64,000 bases of DNA, taken from assembly GCA_963845755.1 (NCBI GenBank), contig CAWJTV010000012.1, forward strand, positions 128,001 to 192,000, written 5' to 3'. The first letter of the stretch is position 1; the number at the start of each line of letters is the position of its first letter. The notes under the pieces are model-generated. The model did no database searches and was not told the origin of the DNA. It worked only from the letters and a program-made list of their open reading frames with translations. Source of the stretch: an uncultured Planctomycetota bacterium. GTDB lineage: Bacteria > Planctomycetota > Planctomycetia > Isosphaerales > Isosphaeraceae. Shown one piece after another: positions 1 through 10,402 of this stretch. A program made the position numbers and the translations under genes.

Positions 1-422
1 TCGACGATCGAGTCGCGGGTGTCGTGGGGGACCCAGGCCCCGGTCAGAGTTCCCCAATCTCTTTTTTTAGTTTGATATGTTCCTCCATCAATTCGGCGAC
101 GACCTCGTTCTTGCGCTGGAGCTTATCGCGCAGGGCGGCGATTGTCCGCTGGAGGTGGCCGTCGGTGGTGGCATTCTTGCGCTCGAAGGCGGCAGGGCCG
201 TTCTCGAAGAACTGCTTCTGCCAGACGTAGAACAGCGTGGGCGAGAGTTGGTGCTCGTCGCAGAGGTCAGAGACGGGGACGTGGTCGATCAGGTGCCGCC
301 GCAGGATGGCGACCTTCCCGACGGGCGTATAGTTCTTGCGAGGCTTTCGCATGGCGAGACTCCTGCCGAGTTATCATATAACTCGGGTGGGGCGTCTCTC
401 CATTTCCGTCTGAAGCAAGACA
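1..422 (-). mobile_element. IS3-family insertion sequence, left part (runs off window start)
   Basis: Minus strand starts TGTCTTGCTTCAGACGGAAATGGAG at 422 (TG end typical of IS3). OrfA is 44..352, with an A7G slippery motif at 61-68, and OrfB (..LTGAWVPHDTRDSIV) starts near 47. Confidence 0.85.
44..352 (-). CDS. IS3-family transposase OrfA (HTH + coiled coil)
   Basis: RKNYT..KVAILRRHL..VSDLCDEHQLSPTLFYVWQKQFFENG HTH; LRDKLQRKNEVVAELMEEH zipper. Confidence 0.9.
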   Translation of the reverse strand: MRKPRKNYTPVGKVAILRRHLIDHVPVSDLCDEHQLSPTLFYVWQKQFFENGPAAFERKNATTDGHLQRTIAALRDKLQRKNEVVAELMEEHIKLKKEIGEL

Positions 423-775
423 TCGCCGCCTGGCGCCTGGCCCGAAGGGTTTTCCCCGACGAAGGTGAAGACCACCAGTGCGTTCACGTGATCGTGGCCG
501 CGTGGGCATGGATCGCCGGTTCCGCAATGGCCCTGGGGTCCAGCGGGGCCCTTACGGGTATCGCGTTGATGGCCACGGTCGCCATCTCAGTGGGTCTGGT
601 CATCTACAAGGGTCGCCGAGTCGGAAAGGACAAAACGGACGGGACGCCCCCCGGCGATCGGGCCGACCTCGCCTGCCAGATCGTGAAATACCTGTTCTTA
701 GCTTACTTTGTAGTTTTTGTACTAAAGAAAACAGACGTTTGGTTTACCACCGAGCAGAGGTGGTCATGCGGATAG
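423..775 (+). pseudogene. Membrane protein remnant truncated by IS3
   Basis: Open frame with hydrophobic segments (VIVAAWAWIAG, IALMATVAISVGLVIY, YLFLAYFVVFVL) abutting the IS3 end; no start codon of its own. Confidence 0.35.
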
Positions 776-840
776 GAGCTACGCGGGGGTGTCAGCTCCT
801 CGACCTCAGCGTGGCCGAGTCGCCGCCGGGAATAGAAAAG

Positions 841-868
841 GTGACCTATAAATCAACCTTTACAGGAA
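841..868 (-). repeat. Array motif copy A (28-bp core only)
   Basis: Minus: TTCCTGTAAAG GTTGAT TTATAGGTCAC, matching consensus nnRGYGYAAAG-YCTGAT-TYATAGTTGAC. Confidence 0.55.
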
Positions 869-935
869 ATGGGTCAGCACGAAGAGTTCTTCGACCTGTC
901 AGGAGCCAGCCCTCTTTCCCTTGCCTTCGATGCCT

Positions 936-2992
936 CTAGCCCATGTTTGGGGTGGCGCATCGTAAGTCCTTGCGGCGCAAGGGTCGGATTTTCCATTAGT
1001 CACTACATGACCGTATTCTCCCCCTCCAGCGGCGCCGGAGGGCGTTGGTCCACCAGCTTCAGCGCCTTCAGCACCCTCCGGGCATCGGGACAGCCGCCGG
1101 CCAGCCCTCGCCGCTGCGGTTGGCCTTCCAGACGGAACGTCACCAGCCTCACGGTCGCCAATGCTTGCATGGCCCGCGACGGCGACAGATCCAACCCCGC
1201 CTCGTTGAGCCGGCGGCCCAGCAGGCGTTGAACCAACAACGCCAACGCCGCCACAAAAATATGAGCCTTGATTCGTATCTCGATCTGGTGATAGATCGGC
1301 CGCAGCGCCAGCACATCCTTGAGTTGGCGGAACCCGCTCTCGACCTCGGTCAATTCCTTGTACATCGCCACCGCGTCCCGCACGCTCAGCCCTTTCTCAC
1401 TCGTCATGATCACATATTTTCCCTCGATCTTCTTCTCACGTCCCAGCCGCGCCTCGCTCTCGGTGATCTCCAGCGTCCCATCCTTGAGTTTCCAATCGAA
1501 GTAGCGATAACCGTGATATTTCTGCATAATCCGCTCGACGGCCGCCCCGATCTTCTCGGGCCGCTTCAAGTTCCCCGCGGCGACGCGCCCCTTGAGCTTC
1601 TCCAGGCGCTGGCCGGCTCGCTCCATCGCCTGTTCCCGCTTCGCCTGCTCGTAGCCGCGGCGCTCGTCCGAGTCGATGACGATGACGCGCAGGTCGGGAT
1701 CTCCGGAGGCGACTTCCTGGGCACGGGTGCGCCGTGGGTTGGTCTTCCGTTCCTGGGTATTGATGCCCCCGGGGCAACGGACCCACTGGGTGTCGTCAAC
1801 GGCGTCGAGCCAACCGTCGATCTGGGCGTTGCGCCGCCGCTTGACGCCAACCAGGAACCCATGCTCGTCTTTCGTAATCGCCTCGATGTTCTCATCGGTG
1901 ACCATACCCCGATCACCGACGAAGACGAGCCGGCCGAAGGCGAACCGCTGGCGCAGGTCGCGGATGACGTCTTGGACCGTGGAATGGTCGATGCAGTTGC
2001 CCGCCCAGACATGATGAGCGATCGGCCAGCCGGCGACCATCACCACGCCGACGACCACCTGGACGTTCTGCGGCTTGCCATCGCGGCTGTAGCCGTGCTT
2101 GGCGAAGTCGCGCGGGCCGGCGCCCTCGAAATAGGTGCTGGTCATATCGTAGAGGACCAGGTCGGGCTTGAAGCTGAAGAGATCGCGAAGGCGGTGGTAG
2201 AGCGCCACTTCGATGCGATCTTTGGCCGCGTGGAGCTGGTCGAGGGTGCGGTACCAGGCGTCGAGCTGGCGGGGATGGACGCGGACCCGTCGGCGTTGGT
2301 GCCAATGAGGAACGAAGCGACGGCCCTTGCGGTCGCAGACGAAATCGGTCTCGAGCCAGCCGGCGAGCCCATGCTCACTGGCCGGGGCGATGAGCCGGTT
2401 GGCGACGAGCACGAAGGCGCGGTCGGCGAAGGGGACGCCCTTGGCGAGCCCGAGGTATTGGTCGAGGATCGCCCAGAGGCCGAGTTGGTCGAACAGGGCC
2501 CGAACGACGAGGATCGGCCCCCAGGTAGAGGCATCGATCACGTGAGGGTCGGCGGGATCGCCGGCGTCGCACTGGGCGTCGCCGTCGAGGAGCCGGCGGA
2601 GCTTGGGGAGCAGCTCGACGAGGAGATCCTTGCGCCCGAGGTCGGCGACGACACGTTGCTTGACCTTGCCGCCGTCGCGGTAAGCTTCGACGACGCGGAC
2701 GTATTCGTGGACGGTGCCGTTCTGGGAGCGGACTTTGACGGTTCTTGGATACATGACTGGTTGCTGGCATCGCTGGCGAGGGATGTCCGGAGATGCACCG
2801 CAATCATTATCACGACAGATTCTGGCGAAATCAAGGTAATTAATCGGAATTCAATTGGAAGTTCCCGCCTAGAGTTGTCACTACACTTTTGGGGCCGGCG
2901 AGACCACAACCCAAGCGAAAAGCCTGGGAAAATAGCGGTTTTTGCGCACAGGACCAGGCGGCCCCGGCTCCGTCACCCCAAACATAGGCTAG
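936..2992 (-). mobile_element. IS1634-family insertion sequence
   Basis: Terminal inverted repeats CTAGCCCATGTTTGGGGTG (936) / CACCCCAAACATAGGCTAG (2992) around a DDE transposase. CTAG may be a target duplication. Confidence 0.88.
1003..2754 (-). CDS. IS1634-family transposase
   Basis: YVRVVEAYR..KVKQRVVADLGR N-terminus; LYDMTSTYFEG, GYSRDGK, VGDRGM, YKELTEVESGFRQLK..LRPIYH motifs. Confidence 0.92.
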   Translation of the reverse strand: MYPRTVKVRSQNGTVHEYVRVVEAYRDGGKVKQRVVADLGRKDLLVELLPKLRRLLDGDAQCDAGDPADPHVIDASTWGPILVVRALFDQLGLWAILDQYLGLAKGVPFADRAFVLVANRLIAPASEHGLAGWLETDFVCDRKGRRFVPHWHQRRRVRVHPRQLDAWYRTLDQLHAAKDRIEVALYHRLRDLFSFKPDLVLYDMTSTYFEGAGPRDFAKHGYSRDGKPQNVQVVVGVVMVAGWPIAHHVWAGNCIDHSTVQDVIRDLRQRFAFGRLVFVGDRGMVTDENIEAITKDEHGFLVGVKRRRNAQIDGWLDAVDDTQWVRCPGGINTQERKTNPRRTRAQEVASGDPDLRVIVIDSDERRGYEQAKREQAMERAGQRLEKLKGRVAAGNLKRPEKIGAAVERIMQKYHGYRYFDWKLKDGTLEITESEARLGREKKIEGKYVIMTSEKGLSVRDAVAMYKELTEVESGFRQLKDVLALRPIYHQIEIRIKAHIFVAALALLVQRLLGRRLNEAGLDLSPSRAMQALATVRLVTFRLEGQPQRRGLAGGCPDARRVLKALKLVDQRPPAPLEGENTVM

Positions 2993-4215
2993 TGCTTTGT
3001 CACAGCTAAAAATTGGGGTTGGGGAAACCTCCGCGACCGTGGATGATACGGGGAACAAGGAGGCCCCCATGAACAAGAAGTACATTGTCCGGCTTACGGC
3101 TGAGGAACGGGACGAGTTGGCGGCCGTGATCAAGAAGTTGAAGGGAACCAGCGAGAAGGTTCGACGCGCCCAGATCCTGTTCAAGGCCGATGCGGACGGT
3201 CCGAACTGGACCGATCGTCGCATCGCCGAGGCGTTCGGATGCCGAACGCAGACCGTCGAGAACATTCGTCAGCGTCTCGTGGAGTACGGCTTTCGAGAGG
3301 CATTGGACCGCAGCAGGCGCCAGATGCCGCCGGTCGAGAAGCGACTCAACGGCGAACAGGAGGCGAAGATCATCGCCACACGGCTCGGGTCACCGCCCCC
3401 GGGTTATGCCAACTGGACGCTGCGGCTCTTAGCTCGAAAGGTGGTGGAACTGGGGATCGTCGAAACCGTCAGTTACGAGACGGTGCGGCGGACTCTGAAA
3501 AAAACGGGATGACCAACCGCAAGATCGAGTACTGGGTCATCCCGCCCGAGGCTGACGGTGAGTTCGTGGCCCACATGGAAGAGGTGCTGGAGACCTACGC
3601 CAAGCCTTACGACTCGATGCGGCCGATCCTGTCCATGGACGAACAGCCGGTGCAATTGCTGAAGGAGTCCCGCGTGCCGATCCCTGCCACGCGCCGACAC
3701 GCCAAGCGCGTGAACTACGAATACGAGCGTGCCGGGACGGCGAACATCTTTATGTTCACCGAGCCGCTGGCGGGCTGGCGCGAGGTGGCCGTCCGGGATA
3801 CCAAGACCAAGGTCGAACTGGGCGATCGAGATGGCCGCGCTGTTGGAGGGCCGTTATGCCAGTGCCGAGCGAGTGATCGTGGTATGCGACAACTTGAACA
3901 CGCACACCAAGGGTGCCTTCTACGAAGTCTTTGCACCGCCCCGTGCTCGCCAGTTGGTCCGCCGCATCGAGTTCTGCTACACCCCCAAGCACGGCAGTTG
4001 GCTGAACATCGCCGAGAACGAGCTCAGCTCGTTGACGCGGCAGTGTATAGCCGGCCGCCGCTTCGGTGATGCCCAGGCGCTGCGAGTGGAGACCACCGCT
4101 TGGTCAACCGACGTCAACAGCACCCAGCGCGGAGTGGATTGGCAGATGAAGATCGACGATGCCCGCTCCAAATTGAAGTCGATCTACCCCAAAATTAAGC
4201 TGTGACAGAGCACTA
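2990..4215 (+). mobile_element. IS630-family insertion sequence
   Basis: TA-GTGCTTTGTCACAGCT ... AGCTGTGACAGAGCAC-TA inverted repeats with TA duplication inside CTAG. Confidence 0.9.
3069..4205 (+). CDS. IS630-family transposase (programmed -1 frameshift at A7 3498-3504; extra indel near 3815)
   Basis: MNKKYIVRLT..WTLRLLA..VSYETVRRTLKK; MDEQP, YEYERAGTANIF, DNLNTH, YTPKHGSWLNIAENE. Confidence 0.88.
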
Positions 4216-4219
4216 GCCC

Positions 4220-6448
4220 TCAGCGCACGTCCCAGACGATGGCGCTGCCCCGGTGGAATCCGGTGAAGAGCTTGGTGCCGTCGGGTGAGAACGCCAGCAC
4301 GTAGGCCCGGTTGTCAACAGGTTCGAGCGTGAGGTACTGCCCACCAGTCGCGATGTCATAGAGGCGGATCGTGTCCTGGCCGAGATCGTCGCCGTACCGG
4401 ATGTCCGAGGTCGCCAGGGTGCGACCGCCGGGGGCGAGCCCAGGTGGCAGCCGTGCCGGTGCGGATGCCGGAACTTCCGGCGCATCAGGCCCGACTCGAC
4501 GTCCCACACGTAGACCCACTCCATCTGGCATGAGACCAGCGTGCGGCCGTCGGCGCTGAACGTGGCCTCCCACATGTCGGGCTTGCGGGGCTGCCCGGCC
4601 TTCTGCTCCTCCGGAGTCCGCCATTCGGCCAGGAATCGGCGCTGCTCGTGGCCGGTGAGAGCACTAAAGCGGATCACGTCGCCACCCCTCAGGGCCGCCT
4701 GGAACCAGGGCGTGTTGCCCGCGAATTGCATTCGGGCCACGGGAGGGAACCCGACCCGCTGATCCCGGGGGGGGATGGACCAACGGGTCCGCCCCGTCCC
4801 GACCTCGATCCCCAGGAAATGCGTATCGCCGTAGGCACCGTCCGAGGTGGCGATGACGACGATCCGCCCATCGGGCGCCATCGCCGCCGATCGGATCGCT
4901 TTCTGAGGGACCTCGCGCACCGTCCGGCCGCTGTCGGCCTCGTAGAATACGACGATCCCATGGTCCTCAGTCACCGGGTCATCGCGAATGCCGGCCGCGA
5001 CCACGAGCTTGCCGTCGCGCGAGAAGCACACAGACGCTGCGCGGGGGTTCCGCCCGATCGGGCTGACGACCGGTGCCAGGGGCTTATGCCAGATCAGCTT
5101 GCCGGTCGCGCCGTCCCAGACGCGCACGAGGCCGTCGAACTGGCCGACCGCAAGCCGGTCGCCCGATGGCGACCAGGCCGCCGAGGCGACATAGCCTACG
5201 GGCGTACTCTCGTCGTGGTGCAGCCGTCGGCCGGTCGAGACCTCGAAGAGGCTGATCGCGTTGGCGATCGGCATGGCGACGAGGCGGCCATCGGGCGAGA
5301 ACGCCGGCCGCCCGCCCGATGAGCCGGGTAGTTCAATCGTCCGCTCGGTCCAGCCGGTCGCAGCGTCGAGGATGCGAAGCCGGTTGTGGTCGGCCACCGC
5401 CACGCGCCGGCCGTCACGCGACAGCGCTCCGTAGCCGAAGCCGTAGTCCTCGTCGCCGTGGTAATCGGCGATGCGCTCACCGCTCGCGACGTCCCAGAAT
5501 CGGACCTCGCTCATCGCCACGTGCGAGTGCCGGCCCCGGAGCTTCGTCTCCTCGCGTCGCTTCGCGGTCTGCCCGGCCGACATGATCCGACGCCCATCGG
5601 GCGTCACCGCCACGCAGTTCAGCCGGGGATTGATCGACTCGTCCAGAGGCGTGCCGTGCGCCAGGGGATCTTGCGCAGGAGCCGGCCATCGCCGATCTGC
5701 CAGATGAAGAGTGTGGCATCGCCGGAGGTCCCCGCGACGAGCCGGGTCCCGTCGGGCGTGAACGCCAGACATCCGATGCCTTGCCGGCCCATGACGGTCC
5801 CCACGACCTTCGGTGCTTCGAGCTGGCCCGCCGCCGGGCGCGGTCGCGTCGAGAGGTCTCGAACGACTTCCGCAGGCTTCGCCACTCGCCGGAGGCGGAC
5901 GACCTCATCGCCCCCGATGGCGATCAGGCTGCCATCGGGAGAGAATGCGACCTCGTTGACCTCGTCTTCGCGCAGCCTCTCGCGGAACAAGAGCCGGTTG
6001 CCCGGCAGGTCCATAGCGCGACTTGGCCGTCGTATTCCCCCCAGAGCAGTTTCGTGCCGTCCGGTGAGAGCGCGAGCGACCCGACACCGCCCTCCCGATT
6101 CCCCGGCGCGACGATCTGCTTGACCTCCTGGCCGGTCCGCACGTCGAAGATGACGACCCGTGGACTCGCGGCGACGCCGCCCGCGACGGCGACCGAACGG
6201 CCGTCGGGCGAGAAGGCGAACACAGGGTGGAGGTCCTGCGCCCGCAGGTCGTCCGTGCCGATTCGCAGCAGCGCTCGCGGCGGTAGGGCTCGTTTGGCGG
6301 CGTCCGTCCGGGGCGGATCGCTCCGCTCTGCGGAGGCCGCACCGGGCGCGATTTGCGCCTCGGACTGCACACCGGGTGGCCCTAGGGCGAGAACCGTCAC
6401 CGCGCCCGTGATAGTCCGGATTGCAAGCCGCGCACGGACAAGCTGCAT
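4220..6448 (-). CDS. WD40-repeat beta-propeller protein (several frameshifts)
   Basis: Signal-like N-terminus, LPPRALLRIGT lead-in, repeated AFSPDG..WD motifs spread over ORFs 5924-6448, 5619-6014, 4213-5772 and 4220-4624. Confidence 0.85.
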
Positions 6449-6486
6449 GGCCTATTTCTCATGGAACCCTAAAAGGTTTGATCTCC

Positions 6487-6561
6487 GGATCACCCGTTCT
6501 ACGTCCAGGCATCGTTCCGCGCCACCTGACCGGCTCAACTATGGATCAGGCTTTGCGCTGA
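6487..6561 (-). repeat. Array motif copy B (about 75 bp)
   Basis: Core TCAGCGCAAAG CCTGAT CCATAGTTGAG (6534-6561), followed by cggtcaggtggcgcggAACGAT..gaacgggtgatcc. Confidence 0.85.
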
Positions 6562-6652
6562 AACGACGGTTGGACTCGGCGCCGCAAGACGAAATCGGTC
6601 CACACGAGGTGGAAAGTCGGGTGGGCTCTACCTACCGGCGGGAAGCCTTCTT

Positions 6653-6709
6653 CCCGCATCGTCCCGCACCCGACCGTCCGCGCCAACGATGAATCGGGCA
6701 ATGCGCCCG
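6653..6709 (-). repeat. Array motif copy C
   Basis: Core CGGGCGCATTG CCCGAT TCATCGTTGGC (6682-6709) plus cggacggtcgggtgcggGACGAT; 7 bp after the stop codon at 6717. Confidence 0.7.
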
Positions 6710-6716
6710 AAGGGAC

Positions 6717-7226
6717 TCATTTCGGCTCCAGCGGGTCGGGCTCGACGGTAAGCCAGGGGCGGGATGCGGCGGCCATATACTTCCGCCCGAGTGCGGCGTG
6801 GTATTCCGCCAGCTTTCGGTGAGGCTCCGTCACCCGTTGGGCGTAATTGGCCTGGATCTCGCGTCTCTTGTCCGCCATCGAACGCACTCTCGCTTGGGCT
6901 TCTCTGAAACGATCGTGCCCCTCGGGTTGAATCGGTTTCCCCTCAGGGAAACCGAACCATCGTTCGATCCCCCTGTCAAGTTCGTCGCTCGTCTCCGGAG
7001 GGGACGCCGGCACTTGGTTCGCCAATCCGTTGCCAGCGGCGAGAGTCGCGGCCGATGCAACCGAGCGGCGGTAGAATGCTTCCGCCTCGGCGTGCCATGT
7101 CGCCCTCGCGAGGCAACTCTCACGCTTCCGCTTGAGTCGTCTCGCCTCGCGATAGCCGCCGAACAGCAGCGCCACGACCGCCACCGCGATCATCCACCGC
7201 CCTGTCGTCATTCGGGGCAGTCGCAT
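6717..7226 (-). CDS. Hypothetical protein with R-rich/hydrophobic leader
   Basis: MRLPRMTTGRWMIAVAVVALLFGG...YHAALGRKY..AASRPWLTVEPDP, a planctomycete-type small protein pattern. Confidence 0.8.
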   Translation of the reverse strand: MRLPRMTTGRWMIAVAVVALLFGGYREARRLKRKRESCLARATWHAEAEAFYRRSVASAATLAAGNGLANQVPASPPETSDELDRGIERWFGFPEGKPIQPEGHDRFREAQARVRSMADKRREIQANYAQRVTEPHRKLAEYHAALGRKYMAAASRPWLTVEPDPLEPK

Positions 7227-7287
7227 GGCTCACGGCCCTCTCGTTCACACCCCACCAGCCTTTGCGGCTCACTCGTCCCCCGTCGCT

Positions 7288-7552
7288 TCACTCCGAATCC
7301 GGCCCGACCGCCAACCACGGCCGGGCCGCCCGCCCGTTGGTACATCCTCGCAAGCCTTTCGTTGTGCTCTGCAGCTCTCAGGTCCCCCGCGGGGCCTGCC
7401 GTGCCACGCAGATGATCGGCCAAGTTCTCATGGACCGCGGCCAGCCGCATGAATTGGGCCGCCCGCCGCAACATCACGAAGGCCCCGAGCAGCAGCGAGA
7501 CGGTTAGGACCGCCACCATCCACCGCCGCGTCGTCATCCGGGGTAGTCGCAT
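7288..7552 (-). CDS. Paralog of 6717..7226 (frameshift near 7330)
   Basis: MRLPRMTTRRWMVAVLTVSLLLG..HNERLARMYQRA, then ARPWLAVGPDSE in the shifted frame. Confidence 0.65.
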
Positions 7553-7563
7553 CGCTGAAGCCC

Positions 7564-7812
7564 TCATCTCACCCCACTCACTCCCCCAGCCGCCCCGAGC
7601 CCTTCGCCTGGTCGAGCGCATTGCGGCGTTCGGCTTCCGCCTGCGCCGCCGCCACGGCTCGATTCGCCTCCGCCGCTGCCCGCAGGCGCGTACGCCGCGG
7701 CCTGCCGTTCCGCCGCCAGCCTCTTCGTTCGCTCGGCCACCAGCGCCGCGATGATGACAAGGAGCATCAGAGTACGGATGCGGACGCGCCAGCGGGGACG
7801 TTGCTGTTTCAT
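7564..7812 (-). CDS. Small protein with R-rich/hydrophobic leader (frameshifted tail)
   Basis: MKQQRPRWRVRIRTLMLLVIIAALVAER.. Confidence 0.6.
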   Translation of the reverse strand: MKQQRPRWRVRIRTLMLLVIIAALVAERTKRLAAERQAAAYAPAGSGGGESSRGGGAGGSRTPQCARPGEGLGAAGGVSGVR

Positions 7813-7854
7813 GGTCGGGATCTCGACGCCGTTTGCCTGAAAGGTCTCAGCTCT

Positions 7855-7931
7855 GGATCACCCGTTCCGGCTCACCGCCATAGTCCCGCGCCCGACTGTT
7901 CGCGCGAGCTATAAATGGGACGTTCCGATCA
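7855..7931 (-). repeat. Array motif copy D
   Basis: Core TGATCGGAACG TCCCAT TTATAGCTCGC (7904-7931) plus cgaacagtcgggcgcggGACTAT..ggaacgggtgatcc. Confidence 0.75.
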
Positions 7932-7939
7932 CGCGCTCA

Positions 7940-8380
7940 TCAAATGGCCGGCCCATCGCGCCAGACGCCTTTGTCGTCCTCTTGCTTGGTCTTCCCCGTC
8001 TGCTTCTGAGAGCAGCCCAAGGCGAGAGTGCCAAAGCAGCCGATCACTCGCATCACCCAGCCGGCGAAGACGCCTGTCATCATCCCGACGACCGCCCCGA
8101 AGCTCAGGAACAAGATCGAGAAAAGTAAGCTCAGGAACAATTCACCGAACGTGTTCGGATAGCGAGGCGGCGTTGGGGAACGAGATGTTCAGGCGGTTAT
8201 CATGGAGATCGAGTGTCACCAGACGATGCAATGGTCGTTGATTCTTCGGGATTCCTCGAACTGAAAGACCGAGCGGGCCGCCGAAAGTATGCCGGCAGCG
8301 ATCTCCGAGCGCAACGGAACCCTGCCAGAGGTCACCACGCCAGACAATTACGATGGGATGAGTCTCATCGAGCATACGCA
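7940..8380 (-). CDS. Small membrane protein (start uncertain, probably frameshifted)
   Basis: Hydrophobic LFLSLLFSILFLSFGAVVGMMTGVFAGWV in ORF 7940..8140; upstream part in another frame. Confidence 0.4.
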
Positions 8381-8418
8381 TGGATCGTACCTGATACGCC
8401 GTGGCAAGGGTCGATACT

Positions 8419-8494
8419 GGATCACCCGTTACGCGTCCCGCCATTGTCCCGCGCCCGCCTGTCCGGGCCAACTATGAATCAGACTTTGCGCTCA
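8419..8494 (-). repeat. Array motif copy E
   Basis: Core TGAGCGCAAAG TCTGAT TCATAGTTGGC (8467-8494), whose first TGA is the stop codon of the upstream gene; then cggacaggcgggcgcggGACAAT..taacgggtgatcc. Confidence 0.88.
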
Positions 8495-8896
8495 CAGCGT
8501 TGGGGAGAGTCTCGGGGGACGACCCGCCAGTGCGTCCTCATACGCCTCTCGGATGATAGGGGTGACCGGGTAAAGAGGCCCGTGAACCATCGACAACTGC
8601 TCTCGGATCTCATTCGGGCTTACCACACCGGAGGCAATCGACCCGCACATCACTTCGTAGGCAATCGCATAGAGTTCCGCCTCCGGTAAGACTTCCGACA
8701 TATCTTTCAGGAACAGCGTCCTGCCTACGGCCTCGAATTCCTTCCGCTCCCGCTCTATTTTCTGCCGTTCCTCCTCGGAGAGGAGGTGGTCTATGGTCGT
8801 CTTGGGAAAGAGCTTCTCGAAGGCATCGTCATCCAGCCAGACGAGACGACCGCCAGAGGGGGCGTCGTTTGGCCCTGGGGACTCGGGTGTCAACAT
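8492..8896 (-). CDS. Hypothetical protein
   Basis: Protein-like composition (LSEEERQKIERERKEFEAVG..PIIREAYEDALAGRPPR); GGAGG-like RBS upstream of ATG 8896. Confidence 0.7.
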   Translation of the reverse strand: MLTPESPGPNDAPSGGRLVWLDDDAFEKLFPKTTIDHLLSEEERQKIERERKEFEAVGRTLFLKDMSEVLPEAELYAIAYEVMCGSIASGVVSPNEIREQLSMVHGPLYPVTPIIREAYEDALAGRPPRLSPTL

Positions 8897-8947
8897 GGGC
8901 CTCCCCTCGATCAAAGCGCTTGGCGCCCCGGACATCACCCGGAGCAT

Positions 8948-8975
8948 CTGATCTATAGATCAGACCTTACGCTCA
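8948..8975 (-). repeat. Array motif copy F (core only)
   Basis: TGAGCGTAAGG TCTGAT CTATAGATCAG; again begins with the TGA stop of the upstream gene (8973-8975). Confidence 0.75.
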
Positions 8976-9712
8976 ATCCTCGCATTCGTACCGCCACTCG
9001 TCGGACAATTTCAGATCCAAGTACAGGTTGTAGAGCGGACCGCTGGCACGCCCAGTGGGCGCGCGCCGGGGGAGGCGCCGACTCGGACGAACCCAGAGCG
9101 ACCCGATGGGTCCCGGTCGATGATCAGGCCGACATTGCCACTGGAGGGATCGACTGCCGTGGCGACTACGCGGAACAACCCGGCCCATTCCGGGCTGGTG
9201 ATCCCCTGCCCGGCGGCAACACGATTGGCTAGGCGATCCAAAGCCCGCGCGGAGGCGAGGAATGCCAGGCGTAGCGGCCAAGGGGTGAGGAGCATCGTGA
9301 GCGGAAGGATGCCCGATGCGACAACCAACGGCCAAGCCCAGAACGTGGCGCGTTGTGATCTCGTTTCTCGCCGCGTCGCTGTGGTCGCCCAGGCGGCACC
9401 GGCACTGAAGACCAGCGGAAAGGCCAAGAGCCAGACGAGGAGCATCAGGAAGACGCCGCCCATACAGAGTCGGTGAATGCACAGGCCGGCGGTCGCGATG
9501 TTGCTCAAGGCGGCCACGAGCCCGAAACAGGCGGCCGAGACCCGTCGGAAGCCATGGAAGATCCACCACAGTACGCCGATCAGGGCGAGGTAAGCCAGTC
9601 CGAATGCGACGAACAGGCCGATTGGTGAACGCGCGGCGACGAGGAGTCCAGCCGCCGCCGCGACCACGATCATGAGATTCCAGATCGTGAACCGAACGCG
9701 GGGCCATCGCAT
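8973..9712 (-). CDS. Multi-pass membrane protein with R-rich leader (frameshift near 9045)
   Basis: MRWPRVRFTIWNLMIVVAAAAGLL, several TM segments, WPLRLAFLAS; C-terminus LYNLYLDLKLSDEWRYECED in the adjacent frame. Confidence 0.75.
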
Positions 9713-9739
9713 GGCTCACTCCTGCCACGTCTCATCACT

Positions 9740-9814
9740 AATCGCCCGTTCCACGTCCCGGCCTCGTCACGCGACCGTCTGACCGGGTCAACTATAATTC
9801 AGACTTGTCACTGG
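9740..9814 (-). repeat. Array motif copy G
   Basis: Core CCAGTGACAAG TCTGAA TTATAGTTGAC (9787-9814) plus ccggtcagacggtcgcgtGACGAG..ggaacgggcgat. Confidence 0.82.
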
Positions 9815-9822
9815 AAGCTCGC

Positions 9823-10359
9823 TCAGCGGAGAAGGGCAAAGCTGCGATACAGGGCGACAACTAGCACGATCCAAGCGAGCCCGATTACGAATCCGAGCCA
9901 GTCGATCCAGGAACGCTCAAATCGCCACCGCCCTCCCAGAATACTCGCCGACCAGGCACCGATCACAGCGAAGCCAGGACTTTGGTAGAAGTTGTGTGAG
10001 AACGGCGTTATCACGAAGTCAGGTCGCGCCCCCCCGACGATCTGCAAAACCATTAAGGTCGTTTCCAGAGCGATGGCGCATGACATGGCGACGATCGCTG
10101 AGGTGCCCGGATAGTCTGCCAGAAGCCTTACAGGATGTCGGGGAGTTCGAAGCCGTAAGACGAGGCAGGCGACGGTGCAAGCGGCAAGCATGGGGGGGAC
10201 ATAGAGGAGAGAATCTCTCACGTATCCGAATCGGTCCGAGAGCGAAACGAACCTCGGGGGAGCGGGAAGGAAGCTCGTCAAGCTCGTTCGGCATAGCGCC
10301 AAGCCAACCGCAATCGCCGCCACTAACAAGACTGCGTCGAGGAGGTTGAATCTTCGCAT
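9823..10359 (-). CDS. Membrane protein with R-rich leader
   Basis: MRRFNLLDAVLLVAAIAVGLA..LRLRTPR..PG..GFAVIGAW..GRWRFERSWIDWLG, a planctomycete-type membrane family pattern. Confidence 0.8.
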   Translation of the reverse strand: MRRFNLLDAVLLVAAIAVGLALCRTSLTSFLPAPPRFVSLSDRFGYVRDSLLYVPPMLAACTVACLVLRLRTPRHPVRLLADYPGTSAIVAMSCAIALETTLMVLQIVGGARPDFVITPFSHNFYQSPGFAVIGAWSASILGGRWRFERSWIDWLGFVIGLAWIVLVVALYRSFALLR

Positions 10360-10402
10360 GGCGGTCCGATCTACGACGGCCTCTTGGCAACTATCGCCTC
10401 TA

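Noticed and set aside
7250..7270. CAGCCTTTGCGG as a tenth copy of the array motif
   Set aside because: Only one arm resembles the consensus; the CAACTAT arm is absent.
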